From: Lepidodermella squamata
Taxonomy: Eukaryota > Animalia > Gastrotricha
Assembly (NCBI GenBank): GCA_047495785.1
Contig: JBLDXI010000004.1
Span: forward strand, 868,001 to 932,000
Direction of reading: 5' to 3'
Length of the DNA stretch: 64,000 nt
Shown: in pieces, positions 59,855 to 64,000 of the stretch
Layout of the letters: each line of letters begins with the position of its first letter
Numbering within the stretch: the stretch's first letter is position 1
Position numbers and translations under genes: made by a program
Notes under the pieces: generated by a model
What the model was told of the DNA's origin: nothing
The model's input: only the letters and a program-made list of their open reading frames with translations
Database searches by the model: none

Positions 59855-62229
59855 TTAAATTTCTTCATATGTTTCACAAACTCCATAGCTATATTTCGAA
59901 GAATCATCACAATCATCGACATTCATCAAGAATGAAGACCCAGAGTAAGAAATGATCCCACATCGATTAGAATTCGGAATATAATCGGGTACAAATAAAG
60001 CAGGATCAAACGTGAAAGCAGAACCGTCCGCCCACTTTTGAACGCCCGACTGCGGCGCCAGACCCACCCATGCAGTGATGTTTTTCCAGATCCATCGTTC
60101 CAGCGATGCTGCTTCGCTAGCCGATTTAACTGATGCAATAATCATACCAGAAAACGCGCAATTACTCGCAGCCGACGCAAAACTAAAAGTTTGACGGAAG
60201 ACAAAAGTAGAAACAAAAACCTTCTTGGCGTTTTCACACTTCGATTTGCTGCTGAACACAGTATATTTAGGGATGCGCTTCTCCGTGGCGGCGTCACATC
60301 CGTTCGCGCTAGGTCGGCAAGTTACGGAGCCATCGTTAAGTCGCACGCATCGATGTTGCGGGATCTACGAAGATCGGAAGAGATACAAATAACCTATTAT
60401 CAAGATTAGGTTTTCGTATTTGAACAGCTTCGTATTTTCACGGAGCTGAATTTGATTTAGGTCATTTTTCGATTATTTGATTATTTAATTTCAAGATGAT
60501 TTTATTTTATTTAGATTGAGCCCACTTGATTTATTGCTGATTTAGAGTAATCAGAGCTCCGGGAATTCCTGAACACGAGACCTTTGCGTCGAAAGTATCC
60601 TCTTTCACAACTCCCAGGCTATTAAACCGCTTTCAGACCTGTCCCGCCAAAACCAACCTTAAAATGTACAGGAGTCCTAGGAAATTTACCCTAATACGCA
60701 AGTTTCTAATGGGAAAGATTTGATTTGATTTGATTGGATTCACTAATTTTAGATTTTTCAAATGGAAATATGGAACCCTGAAATCTTGAAAGAAATAAAC
60801 TCACAGGAGGCGATATTTCGTTCATGCATTTGTCGTGATTCAGCTGGAAGGCGCCCAAGTCTGAGAACAGCTTATTCTATTATAGAAAAAACGGTCGATA
60901 CCTAAAAAAACCGTGCTGTTAGTTGAGCGTTACCTGAGTTTGATCTTGAGGGCAAGCAGAGTAGCAAGACGTCCGATTAGATGAATCCTTGCACGAAACG
61001 GCATTCTGTCAAACATGAGTAACAGCATTAGTTATGCTCAAACAGGAGAATAACTACTTACTCCTAGCATGCAGGCTGCACGGTTGATGTAAATTTTCGC
61101 CGCCGAGTATTGCCGAGTTTCATTGCTAGCGAGGCAGCCGGGGTTTTGCGGTCGGCAGTCGGTGAACATTTTGGTCGCAGAATCAAAGCACCGAATGTGC
61201 GGCTTTTCGCTGACCGGAACTGCGACTGAAATGGCAAACAGAAATAAAGAAACCGGAGACAAACCAGAAGTCATTTTTAAATTAATTATGCATGCATTAT
61301 TAATAGCTTAGTGAGAAAATGATTCAAAATTTGCGTTTTAGTGATGTAAGCTAGAGGCTAGAGGCTAGTGTTTATGTAAATCACGAACCTCTTCCATCGG
61401 TACATGACGCAAGAGTTGAATAAAGAGGAGATTCAGTGATCTAGAAATACAAGCATTATCAGCATAACGCGGGAAGACGTGAAACGTTCGCTCACCCAGT
61501 TGTTAGGGCAGAGGTACGGCTCCGGTACACAGGTCGTGATTACGTTGTTCGACGTACAGCGCCTGAATTTCTAGTTCTGAAATGATACAAATATAAATAG
61601 CAAATGTAATACGTAACGGCCTAGTTTCCTGAATTCTCACCTGAAATACAGCTTTCTTTTTCTCGCATTCGTTGAGGTTGTATTTCAAGCTCAAAGTCGC
61701 ATTCTGATTGTCGAACCAAAATGTCTGAGGCACATATTAATACAAGATAATATCAATAGCTATAATATTAGTTTGATTGCATTTTTGACTAATGAAATGA
61801 GGCGTACATTCATATCACCGAGGTTGTTACAGCCGACGTTTCCAGGTACGCAAAACGGGGTGAGGGCCTCGAATTTGTAGCACATCCTGGCATTCTATAG
61901 ATAAAACGGAGCCTGATTACTAATAGATTTAGCAGAAATATTAACAGACCCCGGTGTTGCAACTGCCGGTGGTTCGGAAGATTGGGCCCAACTATCGATA
62001 TAGAGATTATTCTTTAGCTGTTCGAAGCCATTTTATTGAGTAGAAAAACCTGATATTCGGTGAGTGGATCACAGCCATCGGCAGCTGGTACGCAGCTGGT
62101 GAATCGATTGCTGAACTGCGAGAAGCAACGAACCGAGTTCAACGGCTGTTCTACGAACCCAGTGCCCCAAGCCACGTCGATCGACGCCAGCATGAGGGCT
62201 AGTAGCAGAGCGCAGTAATACGAAGCCAT
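59855..62229 (-). CDS. Paralog F: 4-Cys-module/CTLD gene (beta-type) with an in-frame TAG at the start of exon 5
   Basis: Exons 62229-62050, 61991-61950, 61894-61808, 61724-61641, 61576-61496, 61440-61389, 61225-61062, 61005-60934, 60876-60805, 60364-59855. The only lesion seen is TAG at 61573-61571. Confidence 0.78.
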
Positions 62230-63446
62230 GTGATCAGATGAACCTTGCAAAAATCCAAGGCAAAAATCCAGTTATAAATTTGTGAAAATTGTAACGAATG
62301 GAATTAATATGACTGAGCGTTTCATCGTCCGGGTTGGTTGTTTTGGTTGTGGCGCCACACGTTCTGGTCTTGCGGTCGAGCACGCGTTAAAACGTTATCA
62401 AACACAATTTTAGGCCATGCTGGTTCATGTTATTGGCGATGCAACTGCGTAGTAGCTGGTCGCGTGTCAAAGAGTCCACTGCCGAGTTCATGCCGGTGTT
62501 TACGTCTGGTTTTATCAAATTTTTTTGAAATTTTAACAATTCAAATCACATATAGGTACTGGCCGTGATGTTTTTACAAATTTCAATTCAGCATAAAGCC
62601 ATGATAAATTGGCTGTGCTCTATAAATTAAGTAAGCAGAATTCTGCTTACTTTATTTATAGGCTGGTTTAAGGCGGCTGGCATGCCGCCATTGAAATAAA
62701 ACTAATAATTGCAAACAAATTATATCACTAATTGTGAAATCTTTTACTTTAAATCCATGTTCGTTTCGTAGTTATTTCTCAGTCCAAATATTTGTAAATT
62801 TCAGGGCCGCTTGATAGTTCTGACTATTCGGGCGGTTATTCTACCAAAATACAGGTCCGATAATTCTCTATCGATTGAATATGGTGTTGCGTGGAAACGA
62901 TGTATGGGGAAATGTTTCACGTGCACCTTATAGATTTGACGGGCGCACACTCATTTCCCCAAGTCCAGTAGCGCCGCCAGTGGCGCTTCGACTGCGAATC
63001 AATCTGCCGACTTTTCGCGCAGGAAACTGTTATTTTGTTATTCTGTTCAACTGTTCAACTTATTCCATAGACAGTAGCAAGTAAGTTATCAAAGTGGATT
63101 GCTACGTGGAAAATTGAGGTTTCTGACCTGCTACTTCTGAGCCGTTGATCGCATGACTATGGGCGATGTCTCAAAAACAACAGTCAAGATGAGTCTTCTA
63201 TCGAAAGGATGTAGGCTCATGAACAAATTCTATGAATTTGAGAGAATTCTGTAAATTCTTGTTGAAAATTAGTATGGAAATGCTGTAGTATTGATCAGTG
63301 AACTGGTCGCTCTCGGTTAAACCCTAGTCGAAATCGAATTTTATTGATAGCCCTAAATCCGTGATGTCAAATAGGTAACCTTTTCATTTCAACACACATT
63401 CACTCTTCTGCCTGTTACAACATTGGAATTGACCATTGTTCAAAGC

Positions 63447-63966
63447 TCAAGGGCTTGGCATAAATCGCTCGCATAGTGCTTGTTCAATAGTCACGCCACA
63501 GCTAACTCCAGCATAGTAATAGACGCTCGGCCATGTGGGAGACACCATCCCAGCACAGTCACCATATTCAGGTGAGCCATGCCACTGATTAGTTTTATAC
63601 TCGTAATCGGAGCCATCATCCCACTTGAGCACGCCGTTTTGCGAGAGCGACCCATGTGATTGCGTCATACTTACCACCCGACAATGCCAACCTAGCCTGC
63701 GCAAATTCGTCGTCTGACCTCATTTGAGCTAACTGACCGCCGTTACTGATGCATGCCTGAATTGAGCCAGTTCTACTGCCGTATTCGTATTCGGTCACGT
63801 TGTACACATACAGCACAAAGTACACTTTGCGCATGCCCTTGCAGGTGGCTTCGTCCGGATAGGCGCCAGCAATAGGAATTCGAACTTCGGTGTTTGCATC
63901 GCAGCCAACTGTGTCCAGCAGGCATCGAACTGACGCGTCACTCTTGTAAACGCAACGGTAATAGGC
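63447..63966 (-). pseudogene. Paralog G last exon (alpha-type CTLD), frameshifted; the rest lies outside the window
   Basis: AYYRCVYKSDASVRC...RSDDEF...TWVAL, then a frame change to QNGVLKWDDG...ALCE. About a 5-nt deletion relative to E near 63642. Confidence 0.8.
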
Positions 63967-64000
63967 CTATCCAGTTATAAAGATAGAATAAAACAAGATT

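Noticed and set aside
1-64000. tRNA, rRNA or other ncRNA genes; species assignment
   Set aside because: None recognisable by eye (tRNAscan-SE/Infernal not run). The sequence alone does not let me name the organism.

Overview
Eukaryotic (invertebrate-like, short GT-AG introns) genomic DNA, read by eye. The backbone is a tandem family of 10-exon genes encoding secreted proteins: signal peptide, six ~45-55 aa four-cysteine modules that I do not recognise, and a C-terminal C-type lectin-like domain (CTLD). Eight copies or remnants are visible: A 84-2217(-), B 13216-20362(-), C 33420-35029(-, pseudogene), D 42721-45563(-), H ~46363-46430(-, remnant), E 48559-55073(+), F 59855-62229(-) and G 63447-63966(-, runs off the window). 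The N-terminal modules are conserved, the lectin binding loops are hypervariable, and the paralogs look mosaic. Interleaved are an RTE-like LINE, two hAT transposase remnants (one in a 1.72-kb near-perfect inverted duplication), a piggyBac-like remnant, many TSD-flanked MITEs, and a mucin-stalked Cys-loop receptor-like gene. There is also a young Ty3/Gypsy element (20895-28074, -). It has an A_AAA_AAC gag-pol slippery site, an LQDD RT motif, a third zinc-knuckle ORF in the env position behind a splice acceptor, and an array of co-varying RNA hairpins in the 5' leader that would be retained only in unspliced RNA. This Gypsy arrangement is the best candidate for an undescribed system.
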